64,000 bases of DNA, from NCBI GenBank assembly GCA_029267465.1, contig JAJUIT010000001.1, positions 2,589 to 66,588 of the forward strand, written 5' to 3'. A program made the position numbers and the translations under genes. The DNA comes from Synergistaceae bacterium (GTDB taxonomy: Bacteria; Synergistota; Synergistia; Synergistales; 79-D21). Positions 26,459 through 34,744 of this stretch are shown here, one piece after another. The notes under the pieces are model-generated. The model was not told the DNA's origin. It worked only from the letters and a program-made list of their open reading frames with translations, and did no database searches. How positions within the stretch are numbered: position 1 is the stretch's first letter; every line of letters begins with the position of its first letter.

Positions 26459-27754
26459 GTGGCGAATCTCGTGGTCAAGGTCCAGACAGAAGACTTGCAA
26501 CCGGGACAAATCCTGGCGGAGGACATCCGTGATCCTTTCGGCAGGATTCTGCTTTATTCCGGTGCGACCCTGACCGAGTTCACGATCCAGGGGCTCCGGG
26601 AACGCGAATACATCAAAACCGTCAAGGTTCGGATTTCGCCTGAAAAGATCGCTCCCGGCCTGTTGCGGCCGGAAGAGTCGCTGGCCCGCATTCCCACTCA
26701 GGTCCACCAGAGAATCGGGGGGTTTTTCGAGAAAGCCCGAACCAGCGCCCAGGTCAAGGAAGAAGCCATTGAGCACCTTTCAGAAGACGTGCAGCCGGTC
26801 ATCGAAAACATTTTTGGCACGGAACCGGCGATCGTCCATAACCTGAGGCTCCTGTCGAACCACGACGATCATACGCATCAGCACTCCTGGATGGTGATGC
26901 TCCTTTCCCTCTCGATTCTCCGGGAGGCAGAGCTGAAAGGGTTTCTGAAACCAGACAAGCATGACAAGACCGACATGGCTCTCGGGGCGCTCCTCCACGA
27001 CATCGGCAAAACCCAGATCCCCCTGAAAATCCTGAACAAACCCGGCAAACTTTCCGCTGAAGAATGGCAAAAAATGCGGCTTCACTCGACCTACGGCTAT
27101 CGGATGATCCGGAGCCTTTCCAGTCTGATGCCCGTTTCGAAGGCCGTGGTGGGGCATCATCACCGGTACCTGGACGGGAGCGGCTATAGCGCGGAAGGAT
27201 TGCCTTTTCTGGAGTACGTTCCCGATCTCGTCCGAATCGCAACGGTAGCGGACATCTACGAGGCGATCGTTTCTGAGCGCCCCTACCATATCGCGGCGCT
27301 TCCTTACCACGCGATCAAGATTCTCGAGCAAGGGTCAAAGAAGCTTTACGACCCGAGGTATGTTTCTCTGCTCCGGGAAATCGTCGCGGCCTTCCCGATC
27401 GGGAGCCTTCTTCTCTTTTCCGGCGGCTTGGTGGCACAGGTCGAGGACGTGGACCTGAAAGAGAAAGACAATCCCCTTCTTTTGATCGTCGGCAGCTTCA
27501 ACCGGAAGTACGCTCCCCACCTTGGACTTCGGTACAACCTCGAAAGCCCCCCCAGCGGGTTGCCGGGAGAGCCGGAATTGCTTCTGGGCGCGTATTCACC
27601 CGCAGGCCTGGCTTCAAAAATCCGGGCCGGATTCCAGCTTCAGAAAACCCCCTACGATCTTCTCGGGTCCGATGCTTCGATCGGTCTTTACTCTCTCCCC
27701 GACTGGGAATCCAGCTTCTGCGAAAATTTCGGTTTCCTTCTGCAAATCTTCTAG
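26459..27754 (+). CDS. HD-GYP family c-di-GMP phosphodiesterase (motif variant GYS)
   Basis: GTG start. The N-terminal domain is typical of HD-GYP proteins (DLQPGQILAEDIRDPFGRILLYSGATLTE). HD domain: HTHQHSWMV...ALLHDIGKTQIP...MRLHSTYGYRM...VVGHHHRYLDGSGYS. Confidence 0.85.
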   Translation: MANLVVKVQTEDLQPGQILAEDIRDPFGRILLYSGATLTEFTIQGLREREYIKTVKVRISPEKIAPGLLRPEESLARIPTQVHQRIGGFFEKARTSAQVKEEAIEHLSEDVQPVIENIFGTEPAIVHNLRLLSNHDDHTHQHSWMVMLLSLSILREAELKGFLKPDKHDKTDMALGALLHDIGKTQIPLKILNKPGKLSAEEWQKMRLHSTYGYRMIRSLSSLMPVSKAVVGHHHRYLDGSGYSAEGLPFLEYVPDLVRIATVADIYEAIVSERPYHIAALPYHAIKILEQGSKKLYDPRYVSLLREIVAAFPIGSLLLFSGGLVAQVEDVDLKEKDNPLLLIVGSFNRKYAPHLGLRYNLESPPSGLPGEPELLLGAYSPAGLASKIRAGFQLQKTPYDLLGSDASIGLYSLPDWESSFCENFGFLLQIF

Positions 27755-28113
27755 CAGGCCAGGGCCTTGTTGACCGCCTCGATGACCCTCTCGGGCTGAA
27801 ATGGCTTGACGACAAAATCCCTTGCTCCAGCCTTGATCGCCTGGATCACCAGCTCCTGCTGGCCCATGGCGCTCACCATGACCACCCTCGCATTCGGGTC
27901 AAGCTTTTTCAGGGCCAGGAGGGCATTCATCCCGTCCAGTTCGGGCATCGTGATATCCAGCGTCACGAGATCGGGCTTCAGTTTGACGTACTGCAGAAGG
28001 CACTGTTTCCCATCTTCTGCTTCTCCGACGACATCATGGTTCCCCCGGGCTAGGATATCCTTCATCATCATCCGCATGAACGCCGCGTCATCCACCACCA
28101 AGATCTTTCCCAC
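27751..28113 (-). CDS. cheY: Chemotaxis response regulator CheY
   Basis: 120 aa single receiver domain: KILVVDDAAFMRMMMKDIL...DLVTLDITMPELDG...VMVSAMGQ...GARDFVVKPF. Confidence 0.95.
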   Translation of the reverse strand: MGKILVVDDAAFMRMMMKDILARGNHDVVGEAEDGKQCLLQYVKLKPDLVTLDITMPELDGMNALLALKKLDPNARVVMVSAMGQQELVIQAIKAGARDFVVKPFQPERVIEAVNKALAC

Positions 28114-28167
28114 AGCCAGTCCTCCTATTCTTCTTTCCGGCAGGATCGCCGATCTCCCAGGTCTTCC

Positions 28168-28461
28168 CTATAGTCGAGTCAAACGAGAAGCCGCTTCACG
28201 GACGGAAAGGGCATCTCCTCTGGCAAAAGAATCGAGAATCTCCAGGACGACCTCCTCTTCTGCCCGGAACCGGCTCATCAGCTTGCCGTAGGCCTTGATC
28301 AGCCGATCGTCATTTCGATCGGGCCTTGCTACCTGCGCTCGAAGCTCAGCGTAATATCGCTCAATCCTCTCCCGTATGCCCGGCTTTTTTGAAGGCTCCC
28401 GAAAGCAGGTCGCCATTTCTGCCGCCGAAGGCAATGACGTTCGTGCTTTCCCGGTGTTCAT
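28168..28461 (-). CDS. Hypothetical small protein (97 aa) coupled to flhG
   Basis: ATG 28461 overlaps the flhG TGA (ATGA). Helical sequence: IRERIERYYAELRAQVARPDRNDDRLIKAYGKLMSRFRAEEEVVLEILDSFARGDALSVREAASRL. No family recognised. The ORF is open to 28518. Confidence 0.4.
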   Translation of the reverse strand: MNTGKARTSLPSAAEMATCFREPSKKPGIRERIERYYAELRAQVARPDRNDDRLIKAYGKLMSRFRAEEEVVLEILDSFARGDALSVREAASRLTRL

Positions 28462-29429
28462 CCTTCCTTTTCTCCCCTTTCCCTGCCCGCGAGGAAGACC
28501 TGGAGGAACCTTCTCCATGCCCCAGCCTTGCCCGGTGTCGCATCGTTTCCGGCCCTCGGCATGGCCGCATCGGGTGAAGCCAGAACCCTTCGGGCAGCCC
28601 GTTCGATCCTTTCTGTCAATTCACTGTGGGGGTACAGCCGGACCAGCGGGCATTTCGCCTTGACCGCCCTGCTGACGCGGATGTCATGAGGCAGATACCC
28701 CAGTTCCTTCAGCTCTAACCCCAGGAATTTCCTGCTGACGGTCTGCATTCTGAAGGCGGCTTCACGGGCCTCGATTTCCGAAAAGGCCATGTTGATGAAG
28801 AGGAAGAGTTCCTTTTCGGCAAGCCGCCCTGTCCCGTAGCTCTGCACAAGGCTCTTCAGCATGCCGTAAGCGTCTTTCATTGCGGTGGGTTCCGGCGTCG
28901 TCATCAGGACAATCGAGTCGGAAGCGATGGAGATCTCCCTGACCGCTGACTGGATTCCGGCCCCTGCGTCGATGACGAGGACTTCCGCCAGGTCGTCAAG
29001 GCAGGAGAGCTCCGGCAAAAGCTTCCGGACACGGCCCGCGTCCATTTCCGCCAGGTCCGCGATGCCGCTTCCTCCCGGCACCAGCCAGACTCGGTCCGAA
29101 ACGGGCACCAGGATTTCCTTGAGCAACAGCTCCCCCCGAAGGACATTCGCTAGGGTCAACCGGGCATCCAGCCCGATCAGGACATCGGCGTTCGCCAGCC
29201 CGAAATCCGCGTCCACAAGCGCTGAGGGAATTCTCAGGCGATCACCGATCGTGAGCGCCAGGTTGAGAGCGAAATGGGTCTTGCCCACCCCACCCTTTCC
29301 GCTCACGACGGCCACGGTTTTTCTCGGGCGGCCCGCCAAGACCCCCGGAGGCTCTCCCGCAAGGGCTCTTCGCAGCTGTTCCGCCTGGATCGATTCCACG
29401 GCGCCGGAGGGGTGACTACCAGGGCACAT
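28458..29429 (-). CDS. flhG: MinD/ParA-type flagellar number regulator FlhG (YlxH/FleN)
   Basis: Deviant Walker A VAVVSGKGGVGKTHFALNLA. Located immediately after flhF. Confidence 0.9.
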   Translation of the reverse strand: MCPGSHPSGAVESIQAEQLRRALAGEPPGVLAGRPRKTVAVVSGKGGVGKTHFALNLALTIGDRLRIPSALVDADFGLANADVLIGLDARLTLANVLRGELLLKEILVPVSDRVWLVPGGSGIADLAEMDAGRVRKLLPELSCLDDLAEVLVIDAGAGIQSAVREISIASDSIVLMTTPEPTAMKDAYGMLKSLVQSYGTGRLAEKELFLFINMAFSEIEAREAAFRMQTVSRKFLGLELKELGYLPHDIRVSRAVKAKCPLVRLYPHSELTERIERAARRVLASPDAAMPRAGNDATPGKAGAWRRFLQVFLAGRERGEKEG

Positions 29430-30588
29430 CCAAAGCCCTCCTCGCGTCTAAAAGGGTTTGTGCCATCCAGGAAGCGGTGGCGAACTGAATGTCCCGGGGG
29501 ACATTCTGTCCCGTCGTGAAGAAGGAGAACGGGAGCCCGAACGTCATAGGGATCCACAGCAGGCTCCCATAACTGCACGTTTCATCGATCTTCGTCAAAA
29601 TCACCTTGTGGATCGGGACAACCGAGCGCGTGCTTTCGATGGAAGCCTTGATGTCCCTGGGCTTTCCTGTTGCCGAAACGGCAACGTGAGTGACCTCCGG
29701 ACAAAAATACGCGTGGATTTCGCGGATCCGCTCCAAGCGATCGGTTTCCCGGAAACCGAACCCAACGGTATCCATGACGATGAGCGTCTCTTTCGGATAC
29801 CGTTCGACCAGAGAGGGAATTTCGGCTCCTCCATTGACCACCTCGAAGGGAATGTTCAGGACCCTTGCGAAGGTACGAATCTGATCGACCGCCGACACCC
29901 GGTAGTTGTCTGAAGTGAAGAGCGCGATCTTTTTCCCCTGCTGGACCGCGAGGGCCGCGATTTTCGCAATCGTGGTGGTTTTCCCGACGCCGGTAGGCCC
30001 CAGGATCATGACCCTGTTCCCGCCCAAGTGCACGGAAAGCGGGTCTTCACCCGGCTTTTCGCAGAAGCCTTCGACTTTCCTCCTCAGCCAGGCGTCAAAG
30101 GGAAGCCCCTCCTGCAGGGCTCGTTCCGCCTCCTCCGAAAGGCTCCGCGCGCAAGCATCAGGCAGGTCTTCGGGGAGAGGAAGGCGCAGCCGCTCCTGGG
30201 AATCGGGCCTGGGAGATCCTGCAGGCGGCCCGGATGGGCTTCCTGTGGGTGAAGGGGAGATCTCGACGCGATCACAGATCTTTTCCGCAAGGATCTCGGG
30301 AAAGGCCGCCTTCTTTCGATCCGTTTTGTGCTCAAGCAGCACCTTCAGGACCTCGAGCTGTTTCCGTTCAAGGTCAGGATCGGTAGTGGGCCTGGGCCGG
30401 TTTTCTTCCTCCAGGATGCCCGCACGAACAACCAGCTTCTTTTTCTTCAGGAAGGGCAGAAACGGGAAGCCCGTGAAAACCGTCTGGATGGAAAGGATCA
30501 CCCCGTCAGGCCCCAGTCTTTCACGGGCCCGCTGGTAGGCTTCCTGCTCCGTCGTGGCCTGAAATTCGATTTCCTTCACAAGCTGCAT
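29416..30588 (-). CDS. flhF: SRP-type GTPase FlhF
   Basis: G-domain: VMILGPTGVGKTTTIAKIAA...IVMDTVGFGFR...VILTKIDET...FFTTGQNVPRDI. Confidence 0.9.
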   Translation of the reverse strand: MQLVKEIEFQATTEQEAYQRARERLGPDGVILSIQTVFTGFPFLPFLKKKKLVVRAGILEEENRPRPTTDPDLERKQLEVLKVLLEHKTDRKKAAFPEILAEKICDRVEISPSPTGSPSGPPAGSPRPDSQERLRLPLPEDLPDACARSLSEEAERALQEGLPFDAWLRRKVEGFCEKPGEDPLSVHLGGNRVMILGPTGVGKTTTIAKIAALAVQQGKKIALFTSDNYRVSAVDQIRTFARVLNIPFEVVNGGAEIPSLVERYPKETLIVMDTVGFGFRETDRLERIREIHAYFCPEVTHVAVSATGKPRDIKASIESTRSVVPIHKVILTKIDETCSYGSLLWIPMTFGLPFSFFTTGQNVPRDIQFATASWMAQTLLDARRALDVPW

Positions 30589-31415
30589 GCCGATCTCTCC
30601 CGTGACTCCTCAGAAGTCGCCGTTTTTCGATAAATGAACGGGCCGGCGGATTCCAAACCGAACCGCCTGTACCCAAAGATCTGTTCGGTGTTCCCCACCA
30701 TCAGGCAGCCCCCGACCGGGAGGCACTCGCTAAATTTCCGGAGCAGGATCTCTTTCGATTCCTGGGAGAAATAGATCAGGACGTTGCGGCAGAGGATCAG
30801 CTGGGGTTGTCTTGGAAACGAATCGCTCAGGAGGTTCATCCGCTGGAAGCGAACCTTCTCCCTCAGGATCGGCGACACCTGCAGAAGACCGTCTCCCTTC
30901 CTGATAAAATACTTCCTCAGGGATTCCGGCTGCACGTTTTTGACCTGTTCCTCCCGGTAGACCCCTTCCTGTGCCCTTTTCAGGGCACCGTCATCGATAT
31001 CGGAGGCCAGCACATTGACGGGAACCCGAGCCTCCAGCCCTAGCAGGGCAAGCGAATAGGCCTCCTCGCCGGTTGCACACCCAGCACTCCAGAAAAGGAG
31101 GTTTCCAGCTTTGATCTCCCTCAACCCTGGTAAAATCTCTTCCCGAAGGCTCGCCCATCGGCTCGGGTTTCTGAAAAACTCCGTGACGTTGATGGTCAGG
31201 TATTCCAGAAAGGCCCTCCTTCGGTTGATGTCTGAAGAGATGAGCTTCAGGTACCCGGAGTAGGAAGTCTGTCCCCAGGACGCCATCAGGGTATGAACCC
31301 GGCGATGGATCTGCGGTTTGTACATGTTGAGATCGACGCCGGTCATCTCGGCGATGTCGCGCTTGAATTTTTCGTACGCGGGATCCGGTTCAGCAGGCCT
31401 TGTCCGTCTCTCCAC
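30576..31415 (-). CDS. cheR: Chemotaxis protein methyltransferase CheR
   Basis: GTG start. YLTINVTEFFRNPSRW...LFWSAGCATGEEAYSLA...ASDIDDGALKRAQEGVY...ILCRNVLIYF. Confidence 0.9.
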   Translation of the reverse strand: MERRTRPAEPDPAYEKFKRDIAEMTGVDLNMYKPQIHRRVHTLMASWGQTSYSGYLKLISSDINRRRAFLEYLTINVTEFFRNPSRWASLREEILPGLREIKAGNLLFWSAGCATGEEAYSLALLGLEARVPVNVLASDIDDGALKRAQEGVYREEQVKNVQPESLRKYFIRKGDGLLQVSPILREKVRFQRMNLLSDSFPRQPQLILCRNVLIYFSQESKEILLRKFSECLPVGGCLMVGNTEQIFGYRRFGLESAGPFIYRKTATSEESRERSACSL

Positions 31416-31417
31416 GG

Positions 31418-32086
31418 CTATTCCTTTCCCAAGGCGCCCTTCCTGGGGCAGGGGTCCACGATTTCAGTAACTCGAACACCGAAATTCTCATCGATGACGA
31501 CGACCTCCCCGCGGAGGATCAGCTTGCCGTTCGCAAGCACTTCGATCGGATCCCCGACAAGCTTTTCAAGCTCGACGATTCCGCCGGGTTCAAGCGCCAT
31601 GATTTCTCCCAGGGTCAGCTGCGTCCTCCCGAGAACGACCGAAATCTTCACGGGGATGTCCATCAAAAGCCCGAGCCTTGCGGATGAAGGATCAATCCCG
31701 GGGGCTTTCTTTTCAGGGGCGATTTCCGGGAAAACTGCCGGTTTCACGCTTGGCGCGCCTCCGCCGCCCCCTCCGGGAAAATCGAAATGGAACGGCGAAC
31801 TCTCCTTGATGCTTGCGATCAGGTCATCGATGGAGGATTGGGAGACCTCTCCCGTCGTCTGCGCATTCTGAAGATGCTCCAGATCCGGGATGTCCGGGAC
31901 CTTGCTCCCGATTGCATCCAATCCTTCCAATCCCTTCGTAAGGGCATCGATCTCCTCGGCACTGAGCCCGGCGGGCTCCCCCGGATTCCCCTCCCCGGCC
32001 GGTTTCGAGGTGAAGTCACCGCCTTCGTTCTGCGGCAATCCTCCCTCAGGCATGGCTGCATCGGGTTCCTGCCCCAATTCCCTCAC
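31418..32086 (-). CDS. fliN: Flagellar motor switch protein FliN with extended N-terminus (FliY-like without CheC domain)
   Basis: C-terminal SpoA/FliN domain: LLMDIPVKISVVLGRTQLTLGEIMALEPGGIVELEKLVGDPIEVLANGKLILRGEVVVIDENFGVRVTEI. The N-terminal region contains LSAEEIDALTKGL. The start is uncertain (GTG 32086 or ATG 32053). Confidence 0.85.
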   Translation of the reverse strand: MRELGQEPDAAMPEGGLPQNEGGDFTSKPAGEGNPGEPAGLSAEEIDALTKGLEGLDAIGSKVPDIPDLEHLQNAQTTGEVSQSSIDDLIASIKESSPFHFDFPGGGGGGAPSVKPAVFPEIAPEKKAPGIDPSSARLGLLMDIPVKISVVLGRTQLTLGEIMALEPGGIVELEKLVGDPIEVLANGKLILRGEVVVIDENFGVRVTEIVDPCPRKGALGKE

Positions 32087-32090
32087 CCCC

Positions 32091-32858
32091 CTAGAGCCCG
32101 AAGGCCTGGATCATTCCGCGTCCGGCTTCCGAGTCCGCATCAAAAGCTTTTGCGGAAGCTTCGTAGGCCCGGTTAGCCGTGATCATCCGCGCCATCTCTT
32201 CCACAACGTTCACGTTGGACCCCTCGATGTTTCCCGGCAGCAGGCGCGTTTCCGCCAGGGCGACCGGAATGGGCTGGCCCGATGCCGCCGTACTCCTGAA
32301 CCGGCTGGAGCCTTCCCGTTCGAGAAACCCTGGAGCGGGAAAACGAAAGAGGCCAATCCGGCCAACGATTCTTCCATCCGCCCGGACGCTCCCGTCTTCG
32401 CCAATGCTTACCTCAGTCGCTCCCCCGACAGCGATCGGCCCCTCCACACCCATGAGCATCAGGCCTGAGGGGGAGACAAGCCGCCCTTCCCTGTCGATGG
32501 AAAACCGTCCTTCCCGCGTATAAAAGAGATCCTTCCCGTCGGAAACCTGGAAAAACCCTTCTCCGACGATGGCACAATCCAGGGGATTCCCCGTGCTTTG
32601 GACAGCACCGGGGGAAAAATCGACCGCAGTCTCGGAAAGTACGACACTGAGAGCCGCGTCCCCGATGAGCTCTTTCCGAACAGCACCGGACGGGTCTTTC
32701 CCGGTCCTGACCATCTCGGCCTGCGGCGCGGCCTTGGCGAGGGCAAGGCTCTTGGAAAAGCCGGAAGTTGACGAATTCGCCAGGTTGTTCGCGGAAACGT
32801 CCGCGACGGATTCCTGGAGTCGCATCGCGGCGGTACATTCGTAGATGCCTCGGAACAT
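32091..32858 (-). CDS. flgF: Flagellar basal-body rod protein (FlgF/FlgG family)
   Basis: N-terminus AAMRLQESVADVSANNLANSSTSGFSK. C-terminus LLPGNIEGSNVNVVEEMARMITANRAYEASAKAFDA. Confidence 0.85.
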   Translation of the reverse strand: MFRGIYECTAAMRLQESVADVSANNLANSSTSGFSKSLALAKAAPQAEMVRTGKDPSGAVRKELIGDAALSVVLSETAVDFSPGAVQSTGNPLDCAIVGEGFFQVSDGKDLFYTREGRFSIDREGRLVSPSGLMLMGVEGPIAVGGATEVSIGEDGSVRADGRIVGRIGLFRFPAPGFLEREGSSRFRSTAASGQPIPVALAETRLLPGNIEGSNVNVVEEMARMITANRAYEASAKAFDADSEAGRGMIQAFGL

Positions 32859-32870
32859 GGCTCCTGTTCC

Positions 32871-33266
32871 CTATCCCTTCAGGAGATCGATCGCAGATTC
32901 CCACATGGATTTGGCCGACTTGACCGTCTCAAGGTTCGCCTCGTAAGCCCGGCTGGCAGCCATCATGTCGGCCATTTCCCGGACCACGGAGACATTCGGA
33001 TAGGCCACGTATCCCCTTTCATCTGCATCAGGGTGACCGGGTTCGTATTGCAGTCGAGGGGGAGTGTCGTCCTGGGCGATCTCTCGAACCTCGACGCCTG
33101 CCTGGGAAAGAGCTTCCGAAAAAACAGGCACTTTACGCCGGTAAGGCCCACCCTCGGGCGTTCGGGTGGTATTCACGTTTGCCAGGTTTTCGGAAATGAC
33201 GTCCATCATCACCCGATGAGCCGTCAGGCCGCTCGCGGCCGTATCGATGGCCCTGAACACCTTCAT
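32871..33266 (-). CDS. flgC: Flagellar basal-body rod protein FlgC
   Basis: [39 protein letters not shown]...YPNVSVVREMADMMAASRAYEANL. Confidence 0.95.
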   Translation of the reverse strand: MKVFRAIDTAASGLTAHRVMMDVISENLANVNTTRTPEGGPYRRKVPVFSEALSQAGVEVREIAQDDTPPRLQYEPGHPDADERGYVAYPNVSVVREMADMMAASRAYEANLETVKSAKSMWESAIDLLKG

Positions 33267-33268
33267 CC

Positions 33269-33685
33269 CTATCGACCTCCCATGGCGATTCTCAGCATCT
33301 CCGCCCGTTTTGCCATCAGGCGCATCGTCGCGTTGTAGGCCAGCCGCGTTTCGGCCAGCTTTGCCATTTCGATTTCGGGATCCACGTTGTTTCCGTCCAG
33401 CCTGTATTCCTCATCGGTTACCCGCGTTTCAACGGGGGAAAAAGGGGGACGCGCGCTCATTCCCTCCCCGGTTTCCTTTTCGTCCTCACCGCTTTTGGCA
33501 AGGGGAAGCCGGTTCTCTTCTTCCTGGGTGAGGCCAGCAGCCTTGCGAAGGGCCTCTTCGAAAAGCACTTCTTTTCTTTGATATCCGGGGGTGTTGATGT
33601 TAGCCAGGTTTTCCGACACGGCCTGGAAGCGTTTCGAAAGACCCGCAACCGCCATTTTCTGGACTTCCCAAAGGTGATCGATCAA
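33269..33685 (-). CDS. flgB: Flagellar basal-body rod protein FlgB
   Basis: The TTG start overlaps the upstream stop (TTGA). VSENLANINTPGYQRKEV...DGNNVDPEIEMAKLAETRLAYNA. Confidence 0.9.
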   Translation of the reverse strand: MIDHLWEVQKMAVAGLSKRFQAVSENLANINTPGYQRKEVLFEEALRKAAGLTQEEENRLPLAKSGEDEKETGEGMSARPPFSPVETRVTDEEYRLDGNNVDPEIEMAKLAETRLAYNATMRLMAKRAEMLRIAMGGR

Positions 33686-34407
33686 GGCGAAACTCCCCCT
33701 TTCTCCCGGGACCCGGTAAGGTCAATGGAAGAAGGCCGGTCCCCCTTCAGGTACCGCAAAAACCTCGCCGCTTCCCTCGGCGGCATTTTGCCCAGCACTT
33801 GCGCTCTCCAGTCCGGGTCCATCCGTTCGAGGACCGGGCCGATCTCCGAAACATCCATGAGCGCAAGGATTCGGGCGGCCTTCGAGGGCGCCATTTCCGA
33901 AAGGGTGCTTTCCAGGAGCGCGGCCCTCGAGGTCTCCTCGGCAGGAGTCTCAGGGGGAGCCTGCGGTCGCTGTGTCTTTTCAGGTTCAGCCCCCGTGGGC
34001 TGCGCTTCCTGGGTTTTCTTCTGTTCTTTCAGGCTCCTCTGTTTTTCTTCAATGGCTTTTTCCTTTGCATCCAGGAACGCCTCTTTTTCCTCAAGCTCCA
34101 GAAACCGCCTCTGACTGGAGGAAGCGGGGCCTGGGATTCTCTGGAGCCACAAGGAGAGCCCGGGACCCACCGCGGGGATCTCCTCCACCCAGGGAATGGC
34201 GCGATCCAGGAGCGGGAAAAGGCCTCCTCCCGCATACAGTCCTCCGACCGCTCCGACCCCGAAGACCAAAACAAGGACCAGGCCTTTCAGGGCCGTAAGA
34301 AAGGACCGTCGAGCCCTCCCTTTCTTCCTGCCCTGAGCCTGGATTCCCCCCGCAACGGGGGGCTCTTCACCCCGGTTCAAAGGAGCGGCACTCGAAGAAT
34401 CCTGCAC
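33682..34407 (-). CDS. MgtE_N-domain flagellar protein (MotE/YlxF/FlbB-like)
   Basis: GTG 34407 is preceded by GGAGG with 7 nt spacing. One TM segment (LKGLVLVLVFGVGAVGGLYAGG), a coiled coil (FLELEEKEAFLDAKEKAIEEKQRSLKEQKK), and a C-terminal LSEMAPSKAARILALMDVSEIGPVLERMDPDWRAQVLGKMPPREAARFL that matches the MgtE intracellular N-domain pattern. Confidence 0.6.
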   Translation of the reverse strand: MQDSSSAAPLNRGEEPPVAGGIQAQGRKKGRARRSFLTALKGLVLVLVFGVGAVGGLYAGGGLFPLLDRAIPWVEEIPAVGPGLSLWLQRIPGPASSSQRRFLELEEKEAFLDAKEKAIEEKQRSLKEQKKTQEAQPTGAEPEKTQRPQAPPETPAEETSRAALLESTLSEMAPSKAARILALMDVSEIGPVLERMDPDWRAQVLGKMPPREAARFLRYLKGDRPSSIDLTGSREKGGVSP

Positions 34408-34733
34408 AGGTAACCTCCGTCCGTGCTGAGAAAAACTGCACGCGCCTTTCCGTCGGAATCCGATTCCTCCTGGCAGCAGACCCAATCGACGAGCTGAAGA
34501 CCGCAGTCCATCATCAGTTCATGGGCTTTTTCCCATGAACGGCAGGCAAAGGTGTCCATTTCCACGGGAACCAGCTCTCCCATGGGGAGCGCCGGCATCC
34601 GGACCTCAGAAGCAAGGAGATCCCCGGTGTCCCTTGCGAAGGTGCCGGAGAAGACCTGCTTTCTCAGGGACTCTCTCCCTGCAGGCGTCATGGCGGACAA
34701 CTCGTAGAGCTGCACAACGTAACAGTCGCTCAT
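34377..34733 (-). CDS. Hypothetical protein (118 aa) in the flgB operon leader position
   Basis: ATG 34733 lies 11 nt after the upstream stop, with a GAGAGG RBS. MSDCYVVQLYELSAMTPAGRESLRKQVFSGTFARDTGDLLASEVRMPALPMGELVPVEMDTFACRSWEKAHELMMDCGLQLVDWVCCQEESD... No family recognised. Confidence 0.4.
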   Translation of the reverse strand: MSDCYVVQLYELSAMTPAGRESLRKQVFSGTFARDTGDLLASEVRMPALPMGELVPVEMDTFACRSWEKAHELMMDCGLQLVDWVCCQEESDSDGKARAVFLSTDGGYLCRILRVPLL

Positions 34734-34744
34734 CGGCGAACCTC

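Noticed and set aside
25826-26776. 316 aa minus-strand ORF overlapping cheX and the HD-GYP gene
   Set aside because: It is out of frame with the clear CheX sequence and antisense to HD-GYP. The translation is junk-like (GQ/RR-rich).
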